From: Octopus bimaculoides
Lineage: Eukaryota
NCBI RefSeq assembly: GCF_001194135.2
Contig: NC_068990.1
Span: 25,659,512 to 25,723,511 of the forward strand
Length of the DNA: 64,000 nt
Direction: 5' to 3'
Within the stretch, counting starts at the first letter, position 1, and every line of letters starts with the position of its first letter. The translations under genes were made by a program, and so were the position numbers. Below, in pieces: positions 1 through 13,135 of this stretch. The notes under the pieces were generated by a model. It saw only the letters and a program-made list of their open reading frames with translations, had not been told where the DNA came from and searched no databases.

Positions 1-294
1 GTAAAACAGCAAATTTAAAAAGAAAAAAGCAAAACGAAGCTATGGAAATTAAATACGCTTTACACCGCTTAATCAGCCAAAGGAGTAAATATAAACAACT
101 GAATACTTGTCAGTGATTGGTTGAAATTATCGAAATAAGACAATTTTTTTACATGAAATAAATTCGAATACAAAAATATTTTTCTGTTCTATAACACAAA
201 ATAGATAAGTATACGAAGTTTGAAAGTCTTTCGGTACCAAAAACACTACGTAAAACATTAATGAAAAATGTGGCCCCCGTTTTAAAAAAGATCC
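1..294. mobile_element. Right part of a Merlin-like MITE, same family as 60339-60888, cut by the window edge
   Basis: Near-identical to 60598-60888. Ends in the TIR ...ATGAAAAATGTGGCCCCCGTTTTAAAAAAGATCC at 294. Confidence 0.8.
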
Positions 295-388
295 TATTAC
301 TATTATTATTCTTCAGGTCACTGCCTGGAATCGAACTCGAAATCTTGGGGTTAGTAGCCCGCGCTCTTAACCACTACGCCATATGCCC
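295..388 (-). mobile_element. tRNA-derived head and (TAA)n linker of the hammerhead-SINE family, interrupted by the MITE
   Basis: Minus strand GGGCATATGGCGTAGTGGTTAAGAGCGCGGGCTACTAACCCCAAGATTTCGAGTTCGATTCCAGGCAGTGACCTGAA contains an A box (TGGCGTAGTGG) and a B box (AGTTCGATTCC). Nearly identical to 41893-41969. Confidence 0.85.
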
Positions 389-392
389 ACAT

Positions 393-489
393 GCATATGG
401 CGTAGTGGTTAACAACAAACAAGACGAGGACAAATATCTGTCAAATGTAAATAGTGTACATAATTCCTCATCTCTTAAATACAGAACTG
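393..489 (+). mobile_element. Internally deleted, oppositely oriented copy of the hammerhead-SINE (20 nt of head fused to tail)
   Basis: GCATATGGCGTAGTGGTTAA (393-412) runs straight into CAACAAACAAGACGAGGACAAATATCTGTCAAATGTAAATAGTGTACATAATTCCTCATCTCTTAAATACAGAACTG, the sequence found downstream of the hammerhead at 41.7-42.0 kb. Confidence 0.8.
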
Positions 490-584
490 CAGAAGCAATA
501 CTGCCCCAGCAGTTATTCTGATACTCTAACGATTCAGCTGCCTTGTCTCTAATAATGAATTTATTGTCCATAGAACTCAGGAAT

Positions 585-860
585 GAAGGTAGCTCAGTGG
601 TTAGGGTATTTGGCTCATTGAGTTCGATTCCTAGTGATGCATTGAGTCCTTGAGCAAGACATTTATTTCACATTGCTCCAGTTCATTCAGCTGGCAAAAA
701 TGAGTAGTATTCTGTGACATGCTGAGTCTCAATGAGAAGTACATTAAAGGGACTCGTGTCTATGGAGTACTCAGCCACTTGCGCATTAATTGCCTGAGCA
801 GACTATTCTGTTGATGAGATCAACTGGACCCCTCGTCATCGTAACCAATAGAGTGGTAGT
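585..860 (+). mobile_element. Decayed tRNA-derived SINE
   Basis: A-box-like GGTAGCTCAGTGG, B-box-like GAGTTCGATTCC, central GTCCTTGAGCAAGACA motif, and a tail resembling 46040-46180. Confidence 0.6.
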
Positions 861-1819
861 TACTCAGGTGCCCTACAACTTGTTGGGAAAGAGTAAACAA
901 CGGGGACAGAAAACAGCAATAAATCAGGCAGAGAAAGACAGCAATAACAGCCAAAAGTACATACATAACACACAGGATAAAAACACATAAAGAAACCAGA
1001 AAAGAGAATTGTAAAAGAGCCATAAAGAGGAAAGGAGCACAAAAGTAGTGTTGGTGAATTTTGGGAAGCCTGGAATTTTTAAAGGATACCTGTACAAGTG
1101 CTAATGAAAAAGATTACCTTTTTGTAAGTAATCAAAGCTTTTGGTTTGGTACTTTTCAGAGTTAATAAACTAAAATTTTCCACTGTTTTCCTTTTTGTAC
1201 TCAAGTCGTCACTGATGTTTCCTTCTTCTCTTCCTTAATGCTTTTGTTATTTAGCACCAAGTCAGATCAGGACGAACAGACCTGTGATCAAAGACCTTTC
1301 AGCCATGACCATCCCGTCTTCTGTGTAGAACTAAGTAGTAACTACATCATTTAACTTGACTGGCTACAATTTAAGAGCTATTTGGTTGGCATTTATAGCA
1401 AACAGTCACGTCTGCAGATTTACGAAGGTCCATTCAAATACATCCAATAGGGTGCATATGGAAACTCGATATTATCGACCCGAACATATACATGGTACTT
1501 ATTTAATAGTTCTGTTCCGAGCAGTGCCAGACAGATACAAAAAAACAAAAACAGGAATTCTAATTTTATCGATCTTTTCAGAACAATGAAAGACGAAGCG
1601 ATTACCAGGATTTGAACTCATATCGGTGAGAGGTGAAATTAAATAACGTAATGGAGACAACCCGACGCTTTGCTTGTCTCGGGTATCTCTCCCCACCCCC
1701 ATTGCCTGCTTCATTGTGTCGAGTATTATAAACAATGAATAGATTTCCAGTGATTCCTCAATGCATATATATACATAACACACACATATATGAGAGATAG
1801 ATAGATAGATAGATATAAA

Positions 1820-1858
<39 letters not shown>

Positions 1859-2049
1859 CATATGTATAAACGTATAGATTTATGTATGTATATTTATATG
1901 TATATATGATTACACACACACATATATATATACACATACACATAAGGTTATATATATATATATATTGACACACGCACAGATATATATACATATACATATG
2001 TGCGCGTGGTGTATGCAAACCTTCTTGTGTGTATATGTGTGTGTATAAG

Positions 2050-2185
2050 AGCAATAGTATTATCAGCAGCAGCCAAAGCAGCAGCAATACTAATACTACT
2101 ACTACTACTATTATTACTGACACTACCACCACTACTACAACTACCATCACTGCTGCCGCTACTACTACTACTACTGCTACTGCTG
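2050..2185. repeat. (CTA/GCA)n trinucleotide-rich microsatellite
   Basis: Direct reading: actactactacta...ctgctactgctgttgcc. Confidence 0.85.
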
Positions 2186-3058
2186 TTGCCGCTACTCGCC
2201 TTGACTGACTTCTACGGACTTGACATGACTGACTTGATTTTTTAGTAATTAGTAACAAGTAAAACATTTCATTAACCTCACGGACTGCGTCTCGACAATG
2301 ATGCAGGGATGACCGACTAAAAGAGAAAGAAAGAAAAACAGAGACGAAGAGGAGCAAGGAAACACAAAATATAATCAAAACAAAACATTAACAGACTTTA
2401 AACTGACCAAAGTCTCCTCTCGTCACTGTTGTTGTTTTTCTCTATTCGTTTCTTATGACCCTTTCTTCTTCTTCCCTAACCATTTCTTCTATGACTCCCT
2501 TTTCTTCTCCTATGGCCCTTTCTCATGCTTCCACGACCCCTTCTTCTATGACCCCCTCTTTTTCTCCAACCCTTTGTTTTTCTCCTCTTTTCCCCCCCTC
2601 TATGTCTACGTACGTCTCTCTCTGTCTCAGATAGTCTCTATGTCTAGATATTTCCCTCTCTCTGTCCTCAGTTCCGATTCTCTCTGCTGGTTGGTGTTGT
2701 TGCTGCTTTGTTTTGTTTATTATTTGCCATTCTGCTCTTCTTACTCTCTTCTCTCTCAAGGCCCGATCATGGTTCCTCTTGATCTTGTACCTTTATTATA
2801 CCCAATATCAACATCCACAACCACTCCCACTACCAACAAACAAACACTTATAACACACACACATCTATAACTACCACCAATACCATCCACAATAATACCA
2901 TTGATAAATAACGAAACCAAAAAAAAAACAAAAACACAAACCACAGGGAAAAAAACAGCCAGAGCAGCACTAAAAACCGACAGCTTTATTGTTAAGAGGA
3001 ACTGGTTATTTTAAGTAAATCGCCATCATTGAAAAGTACAAACGAAAAAGAAAAAAAA

Positions 3059-3166
3059 ATGGGTAACTGTTTAAAGACTCCGAATGCAGATGATATATCT
3101 TTATTGAGAGGTAGCGACAGTAACGATGGATCAGACCCAGCTCTCGGACCTCCACCACCCTATCAG
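3059..3166 (+). CDS. RNF11: RING finger protein 11 orthologue, coding exon 1 (36 codons)
   Basis: Translates as MGNCLKTPNADDISLLRGSDSNDGSDPALGPPPPYQ, matching the vertebrate RNF11 N-terminus (MGNCLKSPTSDDISLL...PPPPYQ) with Gly2/Cys4 acylation sites and the PPPPY WW-binding motif. Followed by the donor CAG|GTCGGT at 3167 (phase 0). Confidence 0.95.
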
Positions 3167-3599
3167 GTCGGTTCTTTCTTTCTTTCTCTCTTTCTTCTTT
3201 TTCACGAAACACCCCCCTCAAAAATATGAAGGTACCCCTAACACATGCACGAAGACAACCTCATATATATATATATATATATACAAACACACACACACAC
3301 ACACATAGAAATATATATTTCTTTGTGTGTATAAATATATGTGTTGTATGTGTGGAAAGAAGGATGGTTTTTTACATCCATAAACAATAGGAATAAACAG
3401 ATTCATTCATCTCCTATATAAGCATGTGTAAATGCGATTCTTTGTTTAAGATATATACACATCACAGTCTAGTGTGTTAATATTGGTATGTGTGTGTTGT
3501 AAAAGCTCTACCAAAAGACCACTTTGAATTTAAGACTTTAAAAGCTAGGATACCCCCCTTTAAATCTGTATTCCGTTTACACAGTTTTTGAAAAGCTTA

Positions 3600-3876
3600 T
3601 AATCTTACTATATTTGTAAACAGACGTGTGTATACATTTTACACAAACACTATACACATTTAAATATAGATATAAACATTTCTCTAGTCTGGTCATAATC
3701 CCATTCAGTCCTATGTAAACACACACACGGATAAGCTCTTAATATACTGTATTAATAAACAGCTACTAGATACGTGTATATATTTTATACACACACACAC
3801 ACACACTTTACACTTTCTAAACCCATATAGACACAAGCATATTTATAGGCAGCTCCTAAATCCAACCAGTCTTCCC

Positions 3877-3925
<49 letters not shown>

Positions 3926-4388
3926 GGATAAGCTTAATTGCAATATTTGTAAACAGGCGTGTATATATTTTACACACACACACACACACTTTACGCAGCT
4001 CTCATATACACACAGACGTTTTCTTTAGGATGGTTATAAACCCAACTGTCCTATGCAAACACATACGTCTACTTTTGTAAACAGACGTGTATATATTTTA
4101 CACACATCTACGTATACTTTTGTAAACTGGCGTGTGCATATATATATTACACCAACACACACACACTTTACGCAACCATCATATATACACATAAACAATT
4201 CTATAGGTTCGTCATATACTAGCCATTCTCTCCTATGTAAACATACCCACATATACACATAGATATTTGTAAACAGGCGTGTATATATTTTACACACACA
4301 TTTCACACATCCTGCCCTCTTATACATACACAAACATTATGGATTTGGCCATAAACCCATTCAGTCCTATGTAAACACACACACATTC

Positions 4389-4395
<7 letters not shown>
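3600..4395. repeat. Degenerate tandem repeat just downstream of exon 1
   Basis: The motif TATTTGTAAACAG(A/G)CGTGTATATATTTTACACAC recurs at ~3612, 3944, 4073 and 4264, with variants at ~3770 and ~4108. (G/C)TCCTATG(T/C)AAACA recurs at ~3708, 4048, 4231 and 4364. Confidence 0.7.
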
Positions 4396-4432
<37 letters not shown>

Positions 4433-4739
4433 NNNNNNNNNNNNNNNNNNNNNNNNNNNNNNNNNNNNNNNNNNNNNNNNNNNNNNNNNNNNNNNNNNNN
4501 NNNNNNNNNNNNNNNNNNNNNNNNNNNNNNNNNNNNNNNNNNNNNNNNNNNNNNNNNNNNNNNNNNNNNNNNNNNNNNNNNNNNNNNNNNNNNNNNNNNN
4601 NNNNNNNNNNNNNNNNNNNNNNNNNNNNNNNNNNNNNNNNNNNNNNNNNNNNNNNNNNNNNNNNNNNNNNNNNNNNNNNNNNNNNNNNNNNNNNNNNNNN
4701 NNNNNNNNNNNNNNNNNNNNNNNNNNNNNNNNNNNNNNN

Positions 4740-4809
<70 letters not shown>

Positions 4810-6470
4810 AATATGTGTGTGTCTGTTTCTTTGTTGGTTCTCGAGGAACAGGGGTTTTGCTAAAATATATAAAAAAAAAATTGCGATGATTATTTTGATT
4901 TTTATTTCCAATTAAGAATTTTAGCTTCCTTAATTGATTTTTTTTTCTTTCTTAAGGTGACCTCCCCCTCCCCCACTTGTAATTAGTGGTGATAGTTTAT
5001 CAACGGTAAGAGAAGTTAGGTCGACCCACAGCGAAATTCGAACACGGAACAGCGGAACAACCGTAGGCTATAGTAAATAGTCTTACGTTAAAGGCGTTCG
5101 TCTTTAAAAATTCAATTAATAAAGCTAAAATTCTAAATTGAAATGAATAAATAGATAGGTAACAGAGCAAAATCAAAATAATCAACCTAATTAAAAAATA
5201 AAATTAGCAAAACTCTCAGCTTATAGGAACTAAGAACGAAATACACATACACACATATATATACATACATACATGCGTAGGACCGTATTAAATGACAAAT
5301 TTGAAATTAAGACCGTAAAGACGAAGATACCCTTTCACTCTGTATATACCATACATACACACATATACCCTTAGAGACACATTATGTATTTTAGTACCTA
5401 TATATATATATATATATACTTTCTCCGTTGCATAAACACGCATATGCTGATATTGTCTACCGTTTACACATACACACATGTACACACACACACACGTCCA
5501 CATACACACACACACACACGTCCACATACACACACACACATACGTCGACATACTACACACCACACACGAATAAACATGTAGACATTGTTTAGTATATACA
5601 CACTAAAACACATGCAGACATTTGTCTGGTGAACACATTCCCCCCCCCCCCTGCATGTGTGTTTAATTAGAGATTTTATTAGCTGTTTTGATTTTTATTA
5701 TTTGTATATTGGTTATCTCTGTATAGATATGCTGAACTTCAGAAGAAGAAAAAAAAAATCAGTGTTTATTTATTTGATCTGCTGTTTTTTTTTATTATTA
5801 TTATGATTAATGTTGTTGTGTTTCACTTCGTTCTTCATTCATGGGTAATCCCAGACGAGAATTCATTATTCGTCCAATTAAAATCTCCTGATTAATCAAC
5901 CAAACAAACAAGCAATAATTGTTATTATATATAATTAAATTTATCTCTCGTTTCTCTTTATTACAGTGCAAAGTAAAATAAAGCAAAATCGTTTTAATTT
6001 AATTTCTGTTTTTCTGTAGCCGGATCTAAAAAAAGACGGAAACCGTCAAACGGGATAGAGACTTGAGAAAATATGTGGAGTAAAAATATAAATTTAAAGT
6101 TAAAAGTCTACGTGTATGCGTCATAATATTATTTTATAAATTGCAAGTTCTTTGTCCTAGTAGAAGATATGGTGGAGGATTAAGACTGGGTAGGAGGGCC
6201 TTACGAATACATAAAAAAAATAGTAACAATAATAATGATAATAGTAGTAGCGATAAAGATTGGTAGCTATTTGTTTGCTTTTCAATCTGTTTGCATTTAT
6301 TCATATATCTGTCGGTCTATCGATTGATCTAGCCTGTCGACCCGACCTGATGGCTTATAAGATCGTCAGGTACTTCGGCACTCCGAGATTTTTACGGCTG
6401 GGGTACGTGTCGTAAATAACCGGAGATGGAAGATGTCTGAACAAAGGTGGCGATACGTGCTATTACATAC

Positions 6471-6529
<59 letters not shown>

Positions 6530-7384
6530 CACACACACACACACGCGTACATATAATGATAATGAAATATATATCATGTACATACAATGTCATATATATG
6601 ACACGTATTATGTCGTTATATATATATCATGTGTATATATAGATATATAAATCATGAGTTTGTGTCTATATATACATAGACGATATATACGCAAATACAT
6701 ATATACATAATCACATGTACCATAAGGAGTGCGTGTGCATACACATACGCACACGCGCATCACTATCAATATAATTTAATATCCGTTTTCTGTGCTGACA
6801 TGGGTAGGACGTTTTTAAGAGGATCTGGCAATATAGAGAATAGCTCTGTGCTCCAATGTCCGTGTTTGTATGGTTTCGACAGTTAGATGCTCCACTTTAC
6901 AGTGTACTGGGTGCATTTTCGTGGCACTAGCACTTGTGTGGTTGCTGTGCAACTCACAAGAGTCCCCTAGATTGAGTGGAGATATGGTATAGAGGGAGTA
7001 ACTTTATATTTAGATGTTGAGAGGTTAAACAGGCTAGAAGGGACAGGACAGGTTTCTAGCAGTAGAGGAAAAACATGGTTACTTTGCATTATATAAGGGT
7101 AGGTGGAAGTAATTGAAGTGAAGATAGTGATAAACATGGTGATGAGGTGCCAGAATGTACCCTCAATGTACAAGAAGGTGAATAGAAGAAAGTGTGGGGG
7201 TCATAAGATGACAGAGTGCATGAGTAAAGGTTGCAAGTGTGTGTTAGAGGGGGGAGAATGAGAGCTGGTTAAAGATAGGGATAAGAGTGAACAGTAAATA
7301 AGGGTGGAGATGTTGTTGGTGGGAAAGGAGATAAGAGGGATGGATGTCAGTAGAAGTAGCTCAGGGGAAAGGAAATGAGGACTG

Positions 7385-7750
7385 ACCGGATTAATTCATC
7401 TGTCGTTGTTGGTGAAGGACATCGTATGGGAGAAGACAAGGTACAGTGTGACCAGCTGTAGCCAATCCGTCCAGTTTGTGTTTGGAAGGCTTTGTTTGCA
7501 GGTTGGGCACTGGTGGTCTGTTGGGACTGTAGGCAAAGAGTTGACTCTCGACCTGCGCAGTCATGTTCTGTTTGTAAGAGGGCACCACTATTGGGGCTTC
7601 TTCACCAGGTAGAGGTGGTCTTGTGCTTGTGTTTTCCAGGTGTCAGAGTTGAGCTTAAAGCTTTTTAGTGAGGTTTTGAGTGTGTCCTTGAAGCACTATT
7701 TCTATCTGCTTTGCATGCTCTTGCCTTCCACCATACAGAAAGAGTGAAAA
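7385..7750 (-). mobile_element. RTE (BovB-like) LINE ORF2 C-terminal remnant
   Basis: Minus-strand frameshifted translation FKDTLKTSLKSFKLNSDTWKTQAQD...CPTCK matches the RTE C-terminal pattern KRFKDTLK.SLK......W...AQDR...CP.C. Confidence 0.65.
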
Positions 7751-8559
7751 GCAGAAGAATACAATAGATAGGGAAAGTGTGAGAGACAGGGAGACGGGGG
7801 AGTGGGTGGGTAAAGATTACAAAAGCAGTGGGAGAGAGTGAGAGATATAGTGATAAAGGTGGAGGTGGTCAGATGTAGATAGGGGTGAAAGTATGGTGAA
7901 AAAACGTGTGGTGGGGGCAGTAGTAGATATTAGATATAAGTGTCAATAGGAAGTTGAGAGGAAATGGAGAGATAACTGGTAGCACAGAAAGGGTAGAAAT
8001 ACGAGTCGAGTTGGAAGAGACAATGTTAATAAAGGATGGATGTCGTTTGAGGGGAAATGAAGCAGTGGGGAAGGCTTCACAGAAATAAGTTGAGCATGGG
8101 GGCCAGTTGTGAGAATGCACATACATTTCTGGAACTTCAATTTCATGGTGATGAGTGTTTTTTTGAGTGCCATGTGTCACCTATCATCTGGATCTTCCTT
8201 CCACATTAAGTGGTGCCCTCATCCAAATGTATGGCCATACCAATGCAATTTCTCTCTTGGCACACCACATCTGGTACCTTTTATGCCCATTTTATATGTC
8301 TCAACACATCCTCTGCTCCTTTATTCATACACACTAACATTATACACCCAGCAGATCATGCATGCTTCCTTTCTTTTTTGGTCTTTACAAAACCTCTGCT
8401 TCAGAGCTCCTATCTCATTACCATATAGCATTGCAGTTAGCACACAACTATCATACTGTCAGCCTTTCACTCTTAAGAGAGAAACCTTTTATTACCAACA
8501 GTGGTAAAAGTTCTCTGAACTTTCTCCATACTATTTTTATTCAATAACTCTACTTTCAG

Positions 8560-9640
8560 AATGTCCTCCTCCACTGTGAATTTGATCATCTCAGCAACAG
8601 AATTTATCTGCCATCTCTGGGGATCCTCCTGGGCATATGAGAAAATCTTTCTGATGCACTCTTAGTGCTTATTATACCTGCATTCATACCACATACTAAG
8701 TCTACTTTCTTTGTTAACCTCCTTGTAATTCCTCTGTATCTCTTGTTTTTTACTAGGTACACTGTATGGAATTTTTACTTCTTTCCTACGTATTGAGAAA
8801 AGCCATTTCCCTGATGGAAATGCGTTGTCTGTTTTTCTACTTATTAAAGCTTTGGTCTTTGCTAAATTAACTTTAAGATCTTTTGGTTCCAGGTTTTCCT
8901 TTCACACCTGAAATTTCTTTTTTTCTAATTTTACTATAGATTCAGCAATAAGAATGAGGTTATGAGCATATAGGAGTTCCCATGGGAATTCGGTGTCAGA
9001 CTCCTCTATTAAAGCCTGGAAGGTTATGATAAGTAGAAGGGGACTGAGAACTGAGCCTTGATGGACCCCCTACATGCACACCAAATATGATGCTGTATTT
9101 GTCGCTAACTCTCATCTTATTGACAAATTCCTCTGTAAATGGCTTGTATGACTCTCAAAAGTCATCCACCTACTTTTAGCTGTTGAAGACTTTCTCCAGG
9201 TTGACAAGTGCTAAGTACAGCTGCTTTTAGCTAAATACTTCTACAGGAGAAGGGCATCAGTAATAATTCTTCCTGGTTTAAAACCAAACTACACCTCATC
9301 TCATTTACAACTCAGCAGCAATTCCTAATGGTCCAGGGGCTTTCCTTGCATCTATATCCTTAATTTCTTTACCACACTGTTGTCTACTAGAATGGCTGGT
9401 CCTTCTGTTGTGTCTGCATTGCAAAAACTCTCTTTTCCCATGCATTCTCCACTTTTTAATAGTCTTTCATAGTAGCACTTCCATGCTGCTTTATTTTTAG
9501 AATCATTAAATGCAAGTTACCATTGTTCATTCATACACCCTTCTCAGCCACAATGTTTGGATTCTCTCTGATACACTGTCTCACACTCTGGAACCCCTCA
9601 TCTTCACACTGGAGAACATTGCAAACCTCGCACATGCACA
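8560..9640 (-). mobile_element. RTE-clade LINE reverse transcriptase remnant
   Basis: Minus strand gives QLYLALVNLEKVFN (~9190-9225) and GVHQGSVLSPLLLIITFQALIEESDTEFPWELLYAHNLILIAE (~8941-9069), a decayed LYADD motif. Confidence 0.85.
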
Positions 9641-10419
9641 CATGCATACACACTTAGGTCAATAATCATGTACATATATATATATATGTATATAGATGTA
9701 TCGTGTTGTGGTGAGAGTCATTGTAACCCCTGTAGGATTGGAAGAATGGACTAGCCGAAGTCTTATATAAAGTAGCATATTGGTTGAGATGAGAAAAAAG
9801 GTTGTAGGAGTCATTGAGAGTTTGTGGCAGTCGTAGGAAGTTGTTGAGAGTGTTGATAGTTTGTATTTAATTGGAGTATCATGTTTAGTGGAGTAATTTG
9901 AAGTATGTCATGTAAAGACAGTTGTGTCTATCCCTGCTTTGTAAAATCTGTATATCCAACGTATAGAGGGATATAAAACGTGTGTTATCATGACCATATA
10001 ACTTTCATGTTTCATGCTGACATGGGTTGAACAAAGATCTGATGAGTCCAAGGACTGCATCTTGCTCCAGTGTCTGCCATAGCATGGTTTCTATGGCTGG
10101 GTGTCCTTCCTAACATCAGCACACTTTACAGTGTGCACTGGGAGCTTTTTTTTCATGCCACCAGCTGTGTTGAGGTCACCATGTAGCTCACAAGTCTACA
10201 AATCTGAGGAAGTAGAGTGGGAGACTATGCCTTTATGTTAGATGAGGGTTAAGGTATGAGGGACGAGGTTGAAGTAGAGGAGGTTCTTGTTGTAGAAGAG
10301 CTACATGGTTACTCACTTTTATAATAGATAGTAAGAATGAATTGGTGGTGCCTCCAAGGAGATAGATAGTGGAGATGAGATATCTAGTTGGTACTTCATA
10401 TGCATGTGATAATACTTTT

Positions 10420-10800
10420 AGGATTTCAGTTTTGCTGTGCCATTCAGGTATTCTGGAGCACAGTGAATTGCCAGCCATCACTGTCTTTTGTCAACTCCTC
10501 TGTGAGGTTCTACATCCTGAAATTGGATTTCAGTACTTTGTCTCATGTTTTCCTGGGTTTCCCTCTTCAACAGGTTCCAGCCAAATTTAGTGCTTTGATA
10601 TGTACATTTTGAATATCTTCCTTCCCCATATCTCCACCATCGATATTTTGCTACCATTTTCTTTCCATTCCAGATTATGATGCTTGAGTAGAAAGAGACT
10701 GCACTCTGGCAAACTTTACTCCTCGTCCTTGATTTTTTTTGTCAGCACAGTCTCTTGGACATGTGACCTTGAGGATATGCCCTGACCTCACCATCATCAT
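10420..10800 (-). mobile_element. RTE LINE ORF2 3' remnant
   Basis: Minus strand RGKPRKT*DKVLKS...NLTEE matches the RTE terminal RGRPRKTW..VV..D...LTE motif. Confidence 0.6.
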
Positions 10801-11739
10801 TATATCTCTCCTCAATGCATCACTCTGTCCACCCATATTCATCACCTCCTGTTCAACCCTCTCCACTGTTCTTTCACTCTGTGACTCTCACTTTCTCTCT
10901 CATTAACCTCTTAACACTACTTTTCACTTACCCCTTGCCATAATCTCTCCCCTACCATCCATTCAACAACAGACCTGTGTAATTCCAATAAGGACTGTTT
11001 TGGACCCTGGTGAACCACCCAACTCATTCTGGTATCAGAGACAGACTGACCACCCAGTCACTGGGTCCACCTACGCAACTCACCCCATTGCCATTACTAC
11101 CTTGTTTCTCTCCTTCACACTAATCCCTGACAATAATCTTCCCCTGTTCCTCTTCTCTGTCTCCATTACTCCTACACCAACACCATCGCTTCTTTTATTC
11201 TCTCCATTACCATCCTCTGGTAATATATTTCTCCTGTCCATCATGAGGGCTTTCTTTCACTTTGTAAGCTGAGGTGCAAGGCAACCCCCAACTGTGGCTG
11301 GTGCCACAGGAAGCACTCAGTACTCTCTGTAAATTGTTGGTAATCAGTTCAAGCAACAACAATGCAAGGCTTGAGAAGGTTCTTTAGTCTTGCTGATGGG
11401 CAAAGCAACCTCTATAAGGTTGGTGCCATGAAAAAATGTACACAGCACAGCACACTATATAAAATGGTTGGTGTTCTGTTGGGAAGGGCATCCAGCTGCT
11501 GAAATGAAGCCAAAAATGAGATATTGGAGCAAAACGTTGTCCTTCAAGCCCTTGAATCCTGTTGAACAATGCTTTACTTTTGTCAACATGGAAAACAGAT
11601 GTAAAATGGTGTGTGTATGTGTGTGTGTAGTACTGGTGCAAATAATGTCTATCTTAATGTACCCTCCTGTGAAAGTCCATTGAGTCATGATTAGGTCATG
11701 CTTTGTTTCACCATAGCCCACTCAAGTAAGGAGGTGTGA

Positions 11740-12830
11740 ATTGTTGTTGGCTAAAACACATCCATGTGAAGTGGTATTCTCAGGTATCCCTTGGAGGAAT
11801 TTGTCCAGGTACCATTTTGAAGGAATTGTTTGGGGATAATGTTAAAGCCTATTAAGCAGGTTGAGGTAAAATAGTTGTCACAATGTGCTTATATGCTGTG
11901 AGTCTGATTTGCGTGTGGGGTGCATGACATTGGGTTCGAGGCTTGAGTGATTTTTAAACTTGATGGTAAAATCATTTGGTTAATACTGTCAGTTGGTATT
12001 TTTTTTTCCTTATTGTGCAGATGAGGTTGTGTTCATTGGTAGTAATGAAAGCAACAAAGTTTGAGATTTTGAAATGGCTCCTCTACTCAAATCCTATTAT
12101 ACCATTTAGTGCTTTTGTTAGTGTCCTTCACAGTGGCTCAATTCTCACAATATTCTATTTAGTATGTAGAGACCCTACAAAGTAACAATATCCTAGGTAT
12201 GTCTGTATAAAGGAAGAGAAAAGATGAAATGACTGATAACATCTGGCTGTCTGAACTGGAAAGTTCTGAGAATCCAGGAGCTCATCATGTGAGCCATATA
12301 ACTTTGTTGTTATGTGGGTACTCTAGATTCCTTGAGCTATTGTCTCAAGGAAAGAGAATATGGTTGTTTATTCTTTTCCAAAGTGCACAGGTTCAATTTT
12401 TACCTCATTTAGCAAAATATTTTCCCCACCCTTTGGCATACAGACTGGAACTGGTCATCCTCTCTCTTTGTAACTTTCTGAAGTTTCATCATCCATGAAA
12501 CTTTTTATTCTGTTGTGTTTGATGACATTTGTGATATTGTTTGTGTATGCTATAAAGAATACTGGTCCCAACTGGCCCTTGTGGTACACTACTGATGACT
12601 TTTGCTGGGCTTGAGTGGATTTCATCAATCAAAACATGTTGGGCTCTGCATCCCAGGAAACACGTGATACAGTGCAGCAGTTTTCTCCAGATTCCAACAT
12701 TTGACAGTTTTAATATCAGAATGTTGTGGTTGATTCTGTCAAAGACCTTGCTGAAGTCAAGATATATGTTTGTGTTTAAACCTTCTCCTGATAGTTATAA
12801 AATGTCATTAAAGTGATGTAGGAACTGTAT
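11740..12830 (-). mobile_element. CR1/L2-type LINE reverse transcriptase remnant
   Basis: Minus strand IYLDFSKVFDRINHNILIL (~12718-12776) and a frameshifted VISSVPQG (~12575-12600). Confidence 0.75.
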
Positions 12831-12834
12831 TGTG

Positions 12835-13135
12835 GAGGCACATGGCCTAGTGAGAGCAGCGGACTCGTGGTCGAGAGATCGCAGGTTCAAATCTCAGACT
12901 GGGTGATCACTGTGTTTATGAGCGAAACACCTATGCTTCCCGTGGCTTCAGCAGAAGGCAATGGCAAACTTCTGCTGACTCTTTCACCACAACTTTCTCT
13001 CACTCTTTCTTCCTGCATCTAGCAGCTCACTTACAACGGACTGGTGTCCCATCCAGGTGGGGAACCTTTATGCCAATGAAACCGGGAAACCAACCCTTAT
13101 GAGCCAGACATGGCTAGAGAAGGAACAAACAACAG
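12835..13135 (+). mobile_element. tRNA-derived SINE, head shared with 45554-46188
   Basis: GGAGGCACATGGCCTAGTG (A box), GGTTCAAATC (B box), GAGCGAAACACCT...CACAACTTTCTCTCACTC body, (AAC)n-like end. Confidence 0.75.

Noticed and set aside
312-388. Possible tRNA gene (also 41893-41969)
   Set aside because: A/B boxes and an anticodon-like arm are present, but the acceptor stem does not pair and the sequence is embedded in a repeat. Treated as a SINE head.
3029-3058. N-terminal extension MKSTNEKEKK in the ORF track
   Set aside because: It starts at TTG. The conserved MGNC myristoylation start at 3059 is the credible initiator.
10038-10060. CTGATGA-GTCC-AA-GGAC hammerhead-like start (similar at ~15379 and ~35497)
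   Set aside because: No GAAA after the putative stem II. The 10.0 and 15.4 kb cases are decayed family B repeats.
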